A stretch of 64,000 nucleotides of DNA from an uncultured bacterium (GCA_964494345.1 CAZBSI010000001.1:85660-149659); one strand, 5' to 3'. Shown: positions 9,514 through 19,471, counted from the first letter of the stretch. A program made the numbers and translations. Notes: generated by a model from the letters alone, not told the origin.

Positions 9514-10641
9514 GTGCTCCGCTTGAGGATCCGGACTGGATCAGGCCGTATTACGGCTTTGTTTTTCACTTTAATAATAGCCACGGGCATATCTGTTGGC
9601 TCTGTGCAGGCGAAGCCTGCTTCAAACGCCAGAGTTGTCTACGTCGACACGTCTGAACTGGCCCGGCTACATCCTGGCTGGCGGGCGCTGGATGATATGA
9701 GGCTGACGCTTAATGGTACTGGGCTGAAAGACGCTATGTCGACATCTCTAACTTCTGCGCCGCCGATCATAAGCACGCCGAAACTGCAGTTGACGAGCGT
9801 CTCATCCAGAGAAGAGCTTGTGGCTAAGGCCGCGCGCGACGCCTCGGCTGCGCTGGACAAGTTGGAGGCTCGAAAGTACGATGCGCTGCGGGCAAGGCGA
9901 GAGTCGATGCGGGCCTATTTGTTGAAAAGTTCCGAGTCGGAATGGAAGGCGGAGGCGAAGGATTTGCAGGCGGAGTCTGCTGTTTTGACCAAGGCAGTCG
10001 ACGATCGATATTCTGCTGATCTGGTCAATGCCAGACTTCGGCAGGCCGCATCAAAAGCCGCCTCGTCGATCAGCAAGAAAGAAGATGCCGGCATTGATCG
10101 CACTTTGGCTGGTGAGCGAATGACGGCTGCTGATGTCGAACTCGCTCGCATTATGGCGGAATCCGATGCCGAGAAAGCCAGTATCACTGCGGATATTAAC
10201 GCCAAAATCGAGGCGATCAAGAGAGCTTCGGAAAAGCGTGTTGAGGAGCAGGTTGCGGTATACGACGCCGAGCAAAGCTCAATAATCGCAGATAGTATGG
10301 CATCAGCCAGAAGTGACATCGCGCGTCGATTGGGGCCGACTTCCACTCCGGACCTTTTTGCAGTTTTAGATATGGGCTTCGGTCAGACGTTGGGAAAAAC
10401 GCCTGTCACTAACGGCGATAGAATGGTGGATCTGCGGGCGGCGTATTCCGCCCTGCAGACGCGCATAGATAACGACGTGCGAGAGTTGGTTCTGTCGTTG
10501 GCCTCGCAAAAAGGGTTGCAAATCTCCTTTGAGCGAAAGACGACACGAATGAACGATGCTACTGGGATATTTGCAAACCTCATCAAGAAATGTGGGTGGA
10601 GCGCCTCGATTCCGGGGCCGGCTGCGTCAGGGAATTCATAG
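9514..10641 (+). CDS. Extended second OmpH/Skp-like periplasmic chaperone (375 aa).
   Basis: An N-terminal signal/anchor and very long Ala/Lys/Glu-rich coiled coils are followed by an OmpH-like C-terminus (VRELVLSLASQKGLQISFERK). Confidence 0.55.
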   Translation: MLRLRIRTGSGRITALFFTLIIATGISVGSVQAKPASNARVVYVDTSELARLHPGWRALDDMRLTLNGTGLKDAMSTSLTSAPPIISTPKLQLTSVSSREELVAKAARDASAALDKLEARKYDALRARRESMRAYLLKSSESEWKAEAKDLQAESAVLTKAVDDRYSADLVNARLRQAASKAASSISKKEDAGIDRTLAGERMTAADVELARIMAESDAEKASITADINAKIEAIKRASEKRVEEQVAVYDAEQSSIIADSMASARSDIARRLGPTSTPDLFAVLDMGFGQTLGKTPVTNGDRMVDLRAAYSALQTRIDNDVRELVLSLASQKGLQISFERKTTRMNDATGIFANLIKKCGWSASIPGPAASGNS

Positions 10642-10645
10642 AGAA

Positions 10646-11689
10646 GTGAATATAACTGCGGTCCAACTCGCCGAAATGATCGGCGGCGAATTATACGGCG
10701 ATCCAGGCACCTGTATTTCGGGAGTCGGCAGCGTGGACGAGGCTCTCTGCGGAGATGTCGTGTTGGCGGCCGACCAGCGATTTCTGAGTAAGGCCCTTAA
10801 ATCGAGGGCCGGCTGCATACTTGCCGGCTCACCAACTGATAGCTTGCCTGATGACAAGTGCATCATCGTCGTGTCGGACCCGAATGCGGCCTTCTCCAGG
10901 ATACTCGACCTGTTCCGTGGCCATCAGGCTACGCCGGTGGTCGGCATCGGGACAGGCGCGATTGTCGAGTGTGGAGTGGTCTTCGGCAAAGATGTCTGCG
11001 TTGGCTCAAATTGCCACCTGGGCAAAAACGTCGTCCTCGGAGACGGGTGCGTGCTGTACCCTAATGTGTATATCGGGGACAACTGCAGCGTTGGCGAGTC
11101 CTCCAGACTGTATCCGGGGGTTGTGATTCACGACAGATGCGTTATAGGCCGCCGGGTAGTTATCCGGGCCGGCGCCGTGATCGGTTCGGAGGGATTCGGT
11201 TTTACCCAGCAAGATGGCGGGATGGCCAGGCTGCCGCACGCCGGTACGGTTGAGATCGGCGACGACGTTGAGATCGGAGCTAATGTTACGATAGATCGGG
11301 CTAAGACGGGGTCGACGGTTGTCGGAAGCGGTACTAAGATCGATAACCTGGTTCATATAGCCCATAATTGCCGAATAGGCAGGAATTGTATTCTGGTAGC
11401 ACAGGTTGGCGTGGCAGGCAGCGTCAAAATTGGGAATAATGTTACGCTTGCTGGGCAAGCCGGCGTGAAAGATCACGTCTCTATTGGTGATGGTTGTATT
11501 GTCGCTGCAAGGGCGGGAGTTATAGGTGATCTGGCGGCTGGTTCTGTTGTGTCAGGATTTCCCGCAAGGGATCATGCAATTGAGAAAAGAATGCAGGCTG
11601 CGAATCTGCGGCTGCCCGATATGCTGAAGCGCCTGAGAGAGCTTGAAGCAGAGATAAAGAAGTTGCAAGATGGTGAAGAGGAACAATAG
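10646..11689 (+). CDS. lpxD: UDP-3-O-(3-hydroxyacyl)glucosamine N-acyltransferase LpxD.
   Basis: An N-terminal LpxD domain (AEMIGGELYGDPGTCISGVGSVDEA) is followed by a left-handed beta-helix of hexapeptide repeats. The start is placed at GTG 10646, immediately after the upstream stop; ATG 10676 is an alternative. Confidence 0.88.
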   Translation: MNITAVQLAEMIGGELYGDPGTCISGVGSVDEALCGDVVLAADQRFLSKALKSRAGCILAGSPTDSLPDDKCIIVVSDPNAAFSRILDLFRGHQATPVVGIGTGAIVECGVVFGKDVCVGSNCHLGKNVVLGDGCVLYPNVYIGDNCSVGESSRLYPGVVIHDRCVIGRRVVIRAGAVIGSEGFGFTQQDGGMARLPHAGTVEIGDDVEIGANVTIDRAKTGSTVVGSGTKIDNLVHIAHNCRIGRNCILVAQVGVAGSVKIGNNVTLAGQAGVKDHVSIGDGCIVAARAGVIGDLAAGSVVSGFPARDHAIEKRMQAANLRLPDMLKRLRELEAEIKKLQDGEEEQ

Positions 11690-12604
11690 ATGACAATCCT
11701 ACGCGTCGATGGCGCGACGAATATTGTGGACCAGGTTTGTGACGAAACCGCTATGTGCCAAAAGACGCTGGCGGATAGTGTTGTGCTGTCCGGCAAGGGC
11801 TTGCACAGTGGGCTCGACACCACAGTCGAAATGAGGCCGGCGCCTGAAAATACCGGAATCGTCTTTCGGCACGGCAAGGATACGATAAGCGGCCTGGCCT
11901 CCAACGTGGTCGATACCTCCCGCGGCACCACTATTGGTTTTAATGGGTTTAGAATACTCACTATCGAGCATCTAATGGCCGCATTGTCGGGTTTGGGGGT
12001 GGACAATGCTTATGTAGAGGTTGTCGGCGGAGAGACCCCTGCGCTTGACGGAAGCGCGGCGCCGTATGTTCATGCAATTAAGTCGGTGGGATTGGTCGAG
12101 CAATCTGCCCGAAGGCGACGCATTGCACTTTATGAGCCGATCTGTGTCAGACGGCGCGATTCGTTTATTCTCGCTGTTCCATCCTCAGAGCTGAGCATTA
12201 CTTATGTAATGGACTACGACCACCCGTTAATCGGCAGCCAGACTTCGGATTATGTTCTGAGTGAAGATACGTTCGCTGATGAAATCGCTGCGGCTCGCAC
12301 GTTCGTGCTCTATGAAGAGGTTGCGGGATTGCTCGATCGCCAGTTGGCTAAGGGCGGAAGTGTGGACAACGCGATTGTGGTCTGGCCGGATAGAATGAGC
12401 TCGGCGCTTCGTTTCCCCGATGAGCTGGTTAGACATAAGGTTGTGGATATCGTCGGCGATTTGGCGCTTATCGGCGGGCTGCTGCAAGCCGAGGTGCTGG
12501 CGGTCAGAACCGGGCATGCGCTAAATATCGAGTTTGCAAAGGAAGTTCTACGCAGGACTTCCAGGCCAGGCCGTACAAGACGTTATGAGGCGGCCGTAAG
12601 ATAA
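11690..12604 (+). CDS. lpxC: UDP-3-O-acyl-N-acetylglucosamine deacetylase LpxC.
   Basis: GKGLHSGLDTTVEMRPAPENTGIVF...TIEHLMAALSGLGVDNAYVEV...ALDGSAAPYV is the LpxC signature. The start could be the internal Met at about 11750. Confidence 0.9.
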   Translation: MTILRVDGATNIVDQVCDETAMCQKTLADSVVLSGKGLHSGLDTTVEMRPAPENTGIVFRHGKDTISGLASNVVDTSRGTTIGFNGFRILTIEHLMAALSGLGVDNAYVEVVGGETPALDGSAAPYVHAIKSVGLVEQSARRRRIALYEPICVRRRDSFILAVPSSELSITYVMDYDHPLIGSQTSDYVLSEDTFADEIAAARTFVLYEEVAGLLDRQLAKGGSVDNAIVVWPDRMSSALRFPDELVRHKVVDIVGDLALIGGLLQAEVLAVRTGHALNIEFAKEVLRRTSRPGRTRRYEAAVR

Positions 12605-12658
12605 ATCCATTAACCGGCAGCCGCCTACCGACAACCGTCAACCGACAACCATTTTATA

Positions 12659-13969
12659 TTGAGGAAATTGATGCTGGATATCGAACAAATACGCGACGTA
12701 CTACCCCACCGCTACCCGTTTTTACTGGTCGACCGGATACTGGAACTGGTGCCTGAAAAAAGTGCTCGTGGTTATAAGAATGTGACCATAAATGAGGAGT
12801 TTTTTGAGGGACACTTTCCGGGCCATGCCGTAATGCCGGGGGTGTTGGTCTGTGAGGCTATGGCGCAGGTGAGCGGAGTATTGCTGCTGAGCCGATCCGG
12901 CAATGAGGGCAAGCTGGCTTATTTTGGCGGAATGGACAAGGTGAGATTCCGCAAGCCCGTGCTGCCCGGCGATACCCTGGTGACGGATGTCGAATTGTTG
13001 GCAAGCAGGGCGAATATAGCCAAGGTACGGGCTGTGGCTCGGGTGGACGACGAAGTGGCCTGCGAAGGCGAGTTTATGTTCGCTTTGGTCGGCAGAGATA
13101 GAAGGCGCGAATCGGCCGATCAGGCGTCTGTCGGAGTCGCCGTCAAAGACACAGTGAACGTCGACGCGGTAAAGACGAATATACATCCCACTGCGATCAT
13201 CGATCCCTCGGCGCGAATTGGACAGGGGGTTTCCATCGGCGCACATTCGATCATCGGTAAAAATGTGCGAATCGGAGACCTTACGCGCATAGACTCCCAC
13301 GTTGTCATAGAATCCAATGCCGAAATTGGCAAGGACTGTGTGATACTGGCAGGGTCTGTTATCGGAGGAGCGCCGCAGGACAAGAAATACCACGGCGAGG
13401 ACAGCTTCGTAAAAATCGGCGATGGCAACGTTATTCGAGAGTACGTCACAATTCATAGAGCCAGCGGGGACGGCGAGGCGACGGTGCTGGGGGATGGCAA
13501 TATGCTTATGGCGTACTGCCACGTCGGTCACAACTGCAAACTCGGCGATAATATTACGATGGCCAACTATGTCGGAATCAGTGGCCATGTCTTGATCGAA
13601 GACAGGGTGGTGTTCGGCGGATTTGTCGGGGTTCACCAAAAGGTGCGAATCGGAAAAATGGCGATGATTGGCGGTATGTCGAAGGTTGTCCAGGATGTGC
13701 CCCCGTTTGCTATTGTTGACGGCCGCCCGACGAAGGTCTGCGACCTGAACGTGATCGGGTTGCGCAGAAGTAATATCTCCTCTAAAGTCCGAGCCGAGAT
13801 AAGACACGCGTATAAGCTGCTGTACAGATCAGATCTCAACGTATCCCAGGCCCTGGAAGCCATAGACAGGGAGATTGAGCCTAGTGTGGAGTTGAGTTAT
13901 CTGACGGATTTCATCAGAAGCGTGCGCGAAGGCTCCGGCGGCAGGCAGTTGGAGGTTCCGGAGTTTTAG
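12659..13969 (+). CDS. fabZ-lpxA: Bifunctional fusion of FabZ (3-hydroxyacyl-ACP dehydratase) and LpxA (UDP-GlcNAc acyltransferase).
   Basis: The N-terminal ~150 aa (LPHRYPFLLVDRILE...EGHFPGHAVMPGVL) are a FabZ hotdog domain. The C-terminal ~260 aa (hexapeptide repeats plus the LpxA C-terminus PFAIVDGRPTKVCDLNVIGLRR) are LpxA. There is a single ORF with no internal stop. Confidence 0.85.
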   Translation: MRKLMLDIEQIRDVLPHRYPFLLVDRILELVPEKSARGYKNVTINEEFFEGHFPGHAVMPGVLVCEAMAQVSGVLLLSRSGNEGKLAYFGGMDKVRFRKPVLPGDTLVTDVELLASRANIAKVRAVARVDDEVACEGEFMFALVGRDRRRESADQASVGVAVKDTVNVDAVKTNIHPTAIIDPSARIGQGVSIGAHSIIGKNVRIGDLTRIDSHVVIESNAEIGKDCVILAGSVIGGAPQDKKYHGEDSFVKIGDGNVIREYVTIHRASGDGEATVLGDGNMLMAYCHVGHNCKLGDNITMANYVGISGHVLIEDRVVFGGFVGVHQKVRIGKMAMIGGMSKVVQDVPPFAIVDGRPTKVCDLNVIGLRRSNISSKVRAEIRHAYKLLYRSDLNVSQALEAIDREIEPSVELSYLTDFIRSVREGSGGRQLEVPEF

Positions 13970-15114
13970 TGGTGAATCCCTCGATAGCCATTAGTGTGGG
14001 CGAATCGTCGGGTGATCTCAACGGGGCCTATCTTGCGAGAGCCATAACACAGACAATTCCGCAGGCTCGCTTGTGGGGAGCCGGCGGTCCTAAAATGCGC
14101 GAAGCCGGCGTCGATGTCAGGGTGAATATGACCAATGGCGGGACGATCGGCATTGCGGAGACTCTCAAGTCGCTGCCGGCTATGGTGGTTAAATATAATC
14201 GCTTGCGTCATCTGCTTCTGAAGAACCGGCCCGATCTGTTTGTCCCCATCGATTTCGGTGCGTTTAATATTCGCCTTGCACAGGTCGCACGCGCCAACGG
14301 CATACCGGTCGTATATTACTTCCCGCCATCGTCGTGGAGAAAAGAACCGAGAAATTCCTCGAAGCTGATAGCTTGCGGCGGAAAGGTCGTGACGCCATTT
14401 CCGTGGTCGGCCCAACTATTGTCGCAGGCTGGGGTTGACGCAAGGTTCGTCGGACACCCGCTTGTAGATATAGTCAAACCCACCACTACGCGTGAGAAAT
14501 TTCTCGATGAGTTGGGTTTGGATAGCTCGACTATCACGGTGGGATTGTTGCCGGGGAGCAGATCACATGAGATTCGAGGGCATCTGGATCCTATGCTGTC
14601 GTGCGCGGAGATAATTCGGCGCAAGCTCGGTAAGGTGCAGTTCGTAATAGGCGCAGCGTGGGGCGTTGAGAACCTTCGCAGGCAGGTCGCACGCTCAAAT
14701 GTACCTGATGTTAAAGTGGTCGAGGGCCGCACTTACGATTGCATGGCCGCCAGCGACCTCTTGATTATCGCCTCCGGAACAGCTACACTTGAGGCGGCCA
14801 TTTTAGATGTGCCTATGATCATCATCTATCGAGGCTCCGCGCTGATGCGGCTCGAATATATCCTGCGGAAGTCCATTTTGGAGGACTTCATCGGAATGCC
14901 TAACATCGTCGCCGGCCGTGGGATCTGTCCTGAGCTGATTAACGATGATGTAACACCTGAGAAACTGGCCGATGTTACTCTCGACATTCTTGAAGATGAG
15001 AGACTGATTTCGGAAATGCGGTCTGGATTGGAAGAAGTCAGGCGCCGCTTAGGAGAAGCAGGCGCCGTCAAACGAGCCGCTCGGAATGTGCTTGAAATGG
15101 GAGAACTGCTATAG
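13969..15114 (+). CDS. lpxB: Lipid-A-disaccharide synthase LpxB.
   Basis: The N-terminus IAISVGESSGDLNGAYLARAI and GT19-family features are present. The start overlaps the fabZ-lpxA stop. Confidence 0.9.
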   Translation: MVNPSIAISVGESSGDLNGAYLARAITQTIPQARLWGAGGPKMREAGVDVRVNMTNGGTIGIAETLKSLPAMVVKYNRLRHLLLKNRPDLFVPIDFGAFNIRLAQVARANGIPVVYYFPPSSWRKEPRNSSKLIACGGKVVTPFPWSAQLLSQAGVDARFVGHPLVDIVKPTTTREKFLDELGLDSSTITVGLLPGSRSHEIRGHLDPMLSCAEIIRRKLGKVQFVIGAAWGVENLRRQVARSNVPDVKVVEGRTYDCMAASDLLIIASGTATLEAAILDVPMIIIYRGSALMRLEYILRKSILEDFIGMPNIVAGRGICPELINDDVTPEKLADVTLDILEDERLISEMRSGLEEVRRRLGEAGAVKRAARNVLEMGELL

Positions 15115-15158
15115 ATTCCATAGTCTACCACTTATTTAGGCGACGCACCTTTTTTACG

Positions 15159-15686
15159 ATGCTGTTGTCCATCGGGTTGGTGCTCGTGGCCAAACCGACA
15201 CTGCTGGCTTTCTGGATTGGAATGCCTTTAGTCGTTGCGGGGGAGCTGGTCCGGATATGGTCAGCGGGCTACCTCACCAAGCTGTCGCACCTGGTAACGG
15301 CGGGGCCGTTTGCGATGTGCAGAAACCCTTTGTATATCGGCAGTTTTCTGATCTGTTTGGGATATTTGATAATGTGCCAAAGATTAGATGCTTTTATAAT
15401 AGGAATAATCCTCTTTTGGGTACTCCACGGTGCGGCTGTGGCATATGAAGAGCGGATGCTTACTGAGAAGTTCGGTGATGACTTTAAGCAATATTGCAAA
15501 GTCGTGCCGAGGTTTATTCCAAGAATAGGGTCTCGCAGCGGATACGGCAGCTTTTCGTTCGGTCAGGTTATGGCAAACGACGAATACCGCGGAGCCGCTG
15601 CGGCTGCGTTGTTTTTGTTAATATACGGTTATATGGCTTATGATTCGTCTACGTTGTGGGGCTGGATATCAAGGTTAGGCAGTTGA
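15159..15686 (+). CDS. ICMT/PEMT-family integral membrane methyltransferase, a candidate LmtA-like lipid A phosphate methyltransferase.
   Basis: Four to five TM helices. The C-terminal motif CRNPLYIGSFLICLGYL...HGAAVAYEERMLTEKFGDDFKQY is typical of the ICMT / phospholipid methyltransferase family. The gene sits between lpxB and msbA. Confidence 0.6.
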   Translation: MLLSIGLVLVAKPTLLAFWIGMPLVVAGELVRIWSAGYLTKLSHLVTAGPFAMCRNPLYIGSFLICLGYLIMCQRLDAFIIGIILFWVLHGAAVAYEERMLTEKFGDDFKQYCKVVPRFIPRIGSRSGYGSFSFGQVMANDEYRGAAAAALFLLIYGYMAYDSSTLWGWISRLGS

Positions 15687-15693
15687 GGTTTTC

Positions 15694-17508
15694 GTGAACT
15701 ACACCAGACGCCTGTTAAAATATTTGATGGTATACAAGGGCCGCTTGATCCTCGCTGCCGTTTGTGGCGGGCTTATGACCGGCTGCACTTTATTGATGGC
15801 CCAGCTTACCAACTGGTTTCTGGCCGCTTGTGGAGACAAGCCGGTCACAGGTAACGTCCTGGTGAAATTTGGTCTTGCGCATGGGTGGTTCACGGCTCCT
15901 CAGGCGAATATGGCCCTTGTGTTTTCAGTGGCGATTCTATTTGTCTTGCTTTATATCCCTAAAGGTCTGTTTACATACTTCAACGGCTATCTGATAGCAT
16001 CCGCCACCAGTCGGGTTGGCACGGACCTCAGAGCCGACATCTTCGCCCATGTCCAGCGGCTTCCTCTGCGATTTTTCCATTCCAGCAGGGTGGGGGATAT
16101 AATGTCGCGGATGAGCAACGATGTCTTTTTGATTCAAAACTCCAGCACCATCGTTGTCCAGGCTATAGAAGGACCGATCACCATCATCGGCGGTTTGGGC
16201 AGAATGTTCTGGATAAGCTGGAAGTTGACGGCCCTGACGGCGTTTTTCGTCCCTTTAATGGCGATAGCGATTGATCGACTGACCAAAAAAATACGGCCTC
16301 TCACCACTATTACTCAGCAGTCTTTGGCTGATGTTAATGCCTCCGTGGAGGAATCTATCACCGGTATGCGCATCATCAAGGCGTTTGGCACTGAAAAGCA
16401 GGAAATCAAGCGTTTCAATGCCGTCAACGCGCGCAATTTAGTGGCCGCGCTGCGATTCTGGAGAAGAAACCTGCTTGTTGCGCCTTCTGTGGAGGTTATG
16501 GGAGGGCTTGCGACGGCGCTGATGATGTCGCTGGGTGGTTTGATGGTAGTAAAGGGCAGCATCACATTCCCACGGCTCGGTGAATTCATCCTGCTGGCAT
16601 TCATAGTCGCCAACTCAGCTAAGCATATAGGCCGATTGAGCGTCACCTATCAACAGACTATCGCGGCGGGTGTGAGGATATTCGAGGTTATTGATACTCC
16701 GCCCGAAGTAGTATGCGACCGGAAAGACGTTGAGCTAAAAGATGTTAAAGGACTCGTAGAGTTCCGCGACGTCAGTTTCGAATATAACGAGGGCGAAAAA
16801 GTACTGGATAGGATATCATTTACCATCAATCCGGGGGAAGTGGTGGCGATTGTCGGGCCGAGCGGCGCGGGCAAGTCCACGGTTGCGGATTTAATCCCGA
16901 GATTTTACGACGTTACCGAGGGTCAGATACTGGTCGAAGGCCACGACATACGTGATATCAAACTCAGCAGCCTGCGTGAGCAGACAGCTATGGTGCCGCA
17001 GCAAATTATTCTGTTCGGTGGCACTATTGCGGAGAATATCTCCTACGGCAGACCCGGGGCGAGCATAGAAGAGATAATTGAGGTCGCCAAGGCGGCCAAC
17101 GCTCACGATTTTATTATAGAGTGTCCTAACGGCTATGATACGGTTCTCGGAGAACGCGGCACGGGGCTTTCCGGCGGTCAGCAACAACGGATTTCCATCG
17201 CAAGGGCGCTGCTGAAAAATCCCAGGATACTGATTTTGGACGAGGCCACTTCCTCGCTGGATGCAGCTTCTGAGCAGGTCGTCCAGGATGCGCTGGAGCG
17301 ATTGATGAAGAACCGTTCCACTTTGGTGATCGCCCACAGACTTTCTACGGTGAAAAACGCCGACAGAATACTTGTGCTGGATCAGGGCAAAATACTTGAA
17401 GCCGGCGATTTCGATCAGCTTGTAAAATCCGGCGGGGTGTTTTCCCAGCTTTATAATACTCAGTTCAGATCGCAGGAGGCGGCCGATGTCGGAGCGGGGT
17501 CGTCTTAG
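15694..17508 (+). CDS. msbA: Lipid A export ABC transporter MsbA (fused permease and ATPase).
   Basis: A six-TM domain is followed by a nucleotide-binding domain with Walker A GPSGAGKST, signature [15 protein letters not shown] and Walker B ILILDEATS. Confidence 0.85.
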   Translation: MNYTRRLLKYLMVYKGRLILAAVCGGLMTGCTLLMAQLTNWFLAACGDKPVTGNVLVKFGLAHGWFTAPQANMALVFSVAILFVLLYIPKGLFTYFNGYLIASATSRVGTDLRADIFAHVQRLPLRFFHSSRVGDIMSRMSNDVFLIQNSSTIVVQAIEGPITIIGGLGRMFWISWKLTALTAFFVPLMAIAIDRLTKKIRPLTTITQQSLADVNASVEESITGMRIIKAFGTEKQEIKRFNAVNARNLVAALRFWRRNLLVAPSVEVMGGLATALMMSLGGLMVVKGSITFPRLGEFILLAFIVANSAKHIGRLSVTYQQTIAAGVRIFEVIDTPPEVVCDRKDVELKDVKGLVEFRDVSFEYNEGEKVLDRISFTINPGEVVAIVGPSGAGKSTVADLIPRFYDVTEGQILVEGHDIRDIKLSSLREQTAMVPQQIILFGGTIAENISYGRPGASIEEIIEVAKAANAHDFIIECPNGYDTVLGERGTGLSGGQQQRISIARALLKNPRILILDEATSSLDAASEQVVQDALERLMKNRSTLVIAHRLSTVKNADRILVLDQGKILEAGDFDQLVKSGGVFSQLYNTQFRSQEAADVGAGSS

Positions 17509-18157
17509 CGATCGACTTAAACAATGGGCGATTTTCTCGCTGCTGTGGTTGATCTCGACCGGCATCGCGTTTACGGTCCGGTTCAAGGTGGTCGGATATG
17601 ATAAGCTGACTGGGGTCGTCGCCGATGGACGCGGGGGCCTTGTGCTGCCCTGGCACGGGGTCACGATGCTGCCTATTTATTATTGCCGGGGGATGGGGTT
17701 TTATGCCCTGGTATCGCTGTCCAGGGATGGTGAGCTGCAAAATAAGCTGTTGCGCAGCAGGGGTTTTAAGACGGTTCGTGGGTCCAGCGGACGAGGCGGT
17801 GCAAGGGCTTTGCTTGAGCTTACCCGGAGGCTTCAGGAGGGTGGGGTGATGGCTCACACTCCCGACGGTCCGAAAGGCCCTGTCAAAAAAGTCCAGCCGG
17901 GGACGGTGTATCTTGCGAAAAGGTCCGGTTGTCCTGTGCTGCCTGTAGGAGTTGCCTGCAGGCCGGCCAAGAGGCTGAGTTCATGGGATTCGCACATGAT
18001 CCCATATCCTTTCGCCAAAGCGGTGATCTATTTCGGCGATGCCTTGCACATCTCTCGCGATGAAGATGACACGACTGCGGCAGTGCGTATAGAGGAAGCC
18101 ATTAATGCGGCTGAGAAATCGGCGTGGACGGCGCTTGAGGACGGGCAAGCGGTATGA
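17486..18157 (+). CDS. DUF374-family protein, a family commonly linked or fused to Kdo transferase.
   Basis: The ~220-aa protein overlaps the msbA stop and the kdtA start. The sequence pattern LPWHGVTMLPIYYCRG...AHTPDGPKGP fits DUF374; the domain assignment comes from memory of that family. Confidence 0.6.
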   Translation: MSERGRLSDRLKQWAIFSLLWLISTGIAFTVRFKVVGYDKLTGVVADGRGGLVLPWHGVTMLPIYYCRGMGFYALVSLSRDGELQNKLLRSRGFKTVRGSSGRGGARALLELTRRLQEGGVMAHTPDGPKGPVKKVQPGTVYLAKRSGCPVLPVGVACRPAKRLSSWDSHMIPYPFAKAVIYFGDALHISRDEDDTTAAVRIEEAINAAEKSAWTALEDGQAV

Positions 18158-19470
18158 GTTATCTCCTCTACAACACCCTGCTTCTGATCCTCAGCCCATT
18201 GATATTCGTATACATACTCTACCGCATATTTATCTCAGGCAAGTCCCGCAAATCCTGGAGACAGCAATTAGGCGGTGTGAGGCTTCCTAAAGAGCTCGAG
18301 ACTACCCAGCGTGTCTGGATTCACGCCGTATCGGTTGGGGAATCTGTCGCTGCGGGGTCAGTAGCCCGCGAGCTGAAGCAAGCCATACCTGATTTAACTA
18401 TAGCGCTATCGACGACTACCGAAAAAGGACAGGAGATGGCGCACAAGTCTGTTAAAGATGCCGACGCAATCTTCTACTATCCATTCGACCTTGTCCCGTG
18501 TGTCTCGCGTAGCCTAGGCAGGGTAAGGCCTGCGGTTTTCGCAAGTACGGATACCGAAATCTGGCCCAACTTCCTGCACATCGCCAGGCGACGTGGCGTT
18601 AAAACGGCGATGATTAACGGCACAGTGTCCGACAAAACACTGGCGGGCGCACGTAAACTGCCGTGGCTATACCGTTGGGCGCTCTCGAATCTCGATCTTC
18701 TGTGTATGCAATCACAAGCCGACGCGGAGAGGATAATATCCCTCGGCGCAGATGCCTCAAAAGTAGTGGTGACGGGCAACTGTAAAGCAGATGAGGCCCC
18801 TCTGCCGATGACTGATACCGAGAGAGATACGTTGCTAAGTATGTATAAGATTACTGGCAAAAACCTGGTATTCATAGCGGGCAGCACCAACCCCGGCGAG
18901 GAAGAACCCGTCGTTGATGCGTTCATCGCCGCACGCCAGACACATCCTGAGCTTCGCCTCATAATAGCTCCCAGGCAAATAGAACGACGCCAGGAGATAT
19001 GCGAGATAATCAAGGCCAGGGGTCTTGATTGTGCCTGGCGAAGCGACCGATCCACTATTAAGGGAACTGAAGATGTGGTAATATTGGACACGTTTGGAGA
19101 ACTGGCGCGAATCTACGGCATTGCCCACGTCACTTTCGTCGGTGGCAGCCTGATTCCGCGGGGTTGCCACAGCATATTACAGCCAATCGCCCAGGGCAAA
19201 CCCGTATTCTTCGGGCCGTATACGTTCAAAGCCAAGGACCTCGTCGCACAGGCTAAGGCGGCTGGGGTCGGTTTTGAGATCGCCGATGGTGCCGAACTGG
19301 GCGAAAATATTAGCCGGGTGCTGGCAGATTCTGCGTTTCTTGAACAGATAAGCGCAAAGTGTGAGCAGATGATGCAGGCGAATCTCGGCGCATCCAAACG
19401 CACGGCTGACGAATTGCTTAAGCTGTTTTACCAAGCCAGGCATTCTCAGAAAACGAAAGAGTTGAGGTGA
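18154..19470 (+). CDS. waaA: 3-deoxy-D-manno-octulosonic acid (Kdo) transferase WaaA/KdtA.
   Basis: WIHAVSVGESVAAGSV near the N-terminus and the GT30-family architecture are present. It lies in the lpx cluster. Confidence 0.9.
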   Translation: MSYLLYNTLLLILSPLIFVYILYRIFISGKSRKSWRQQLGGVRLPKELETTQRVWIHAVSVGESVAAGSVARELKQAIPDLTIALSTTTEKGQEMAHKSVKDADAIFYYPFDLVPCVSRSLGRVRPAVFASTDTEIWPNFLHIARRRGVKTAMINGTVSDKTLAGARKLPWLYRWALSNLDLLCMQSQADAERIISLGADASKVVVTGNCKADEAPLPMTDTERDTLLSMYKITGKNLVFIAGSTNPGEEEPVVDAFIAARQTHPELRLIIAPRQIERRQEICEIIKARGLDCAWRSDRSTIKGTEDVVILDTFGELARIYGIAHVTFVGGSLIPRGCHSILQPIAQGKPVFFGPYTFKAKDLVAQAKAAGVGFEIADGAELGENISRVLADSAFLEQISAKCEQMMQANLGASKRTADELLKLFYQARHSQKTKELR

Positions 19471-19471
19471 A

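Noticed and set aside
12722-13807. 361-aa minus-strand ORF.
   Set aside because: It is entirely antisense to the well-supported fabZ-lpxA fusion gene. It is His/Arg-rich, as is typical of a spurious antisense frame in GC-rich coding DNA.
16891-17664. 257-aa minus-strand ORF.
   Set aside because: It is antisense to the msbA and DUF374 genes, which have strong motif support.
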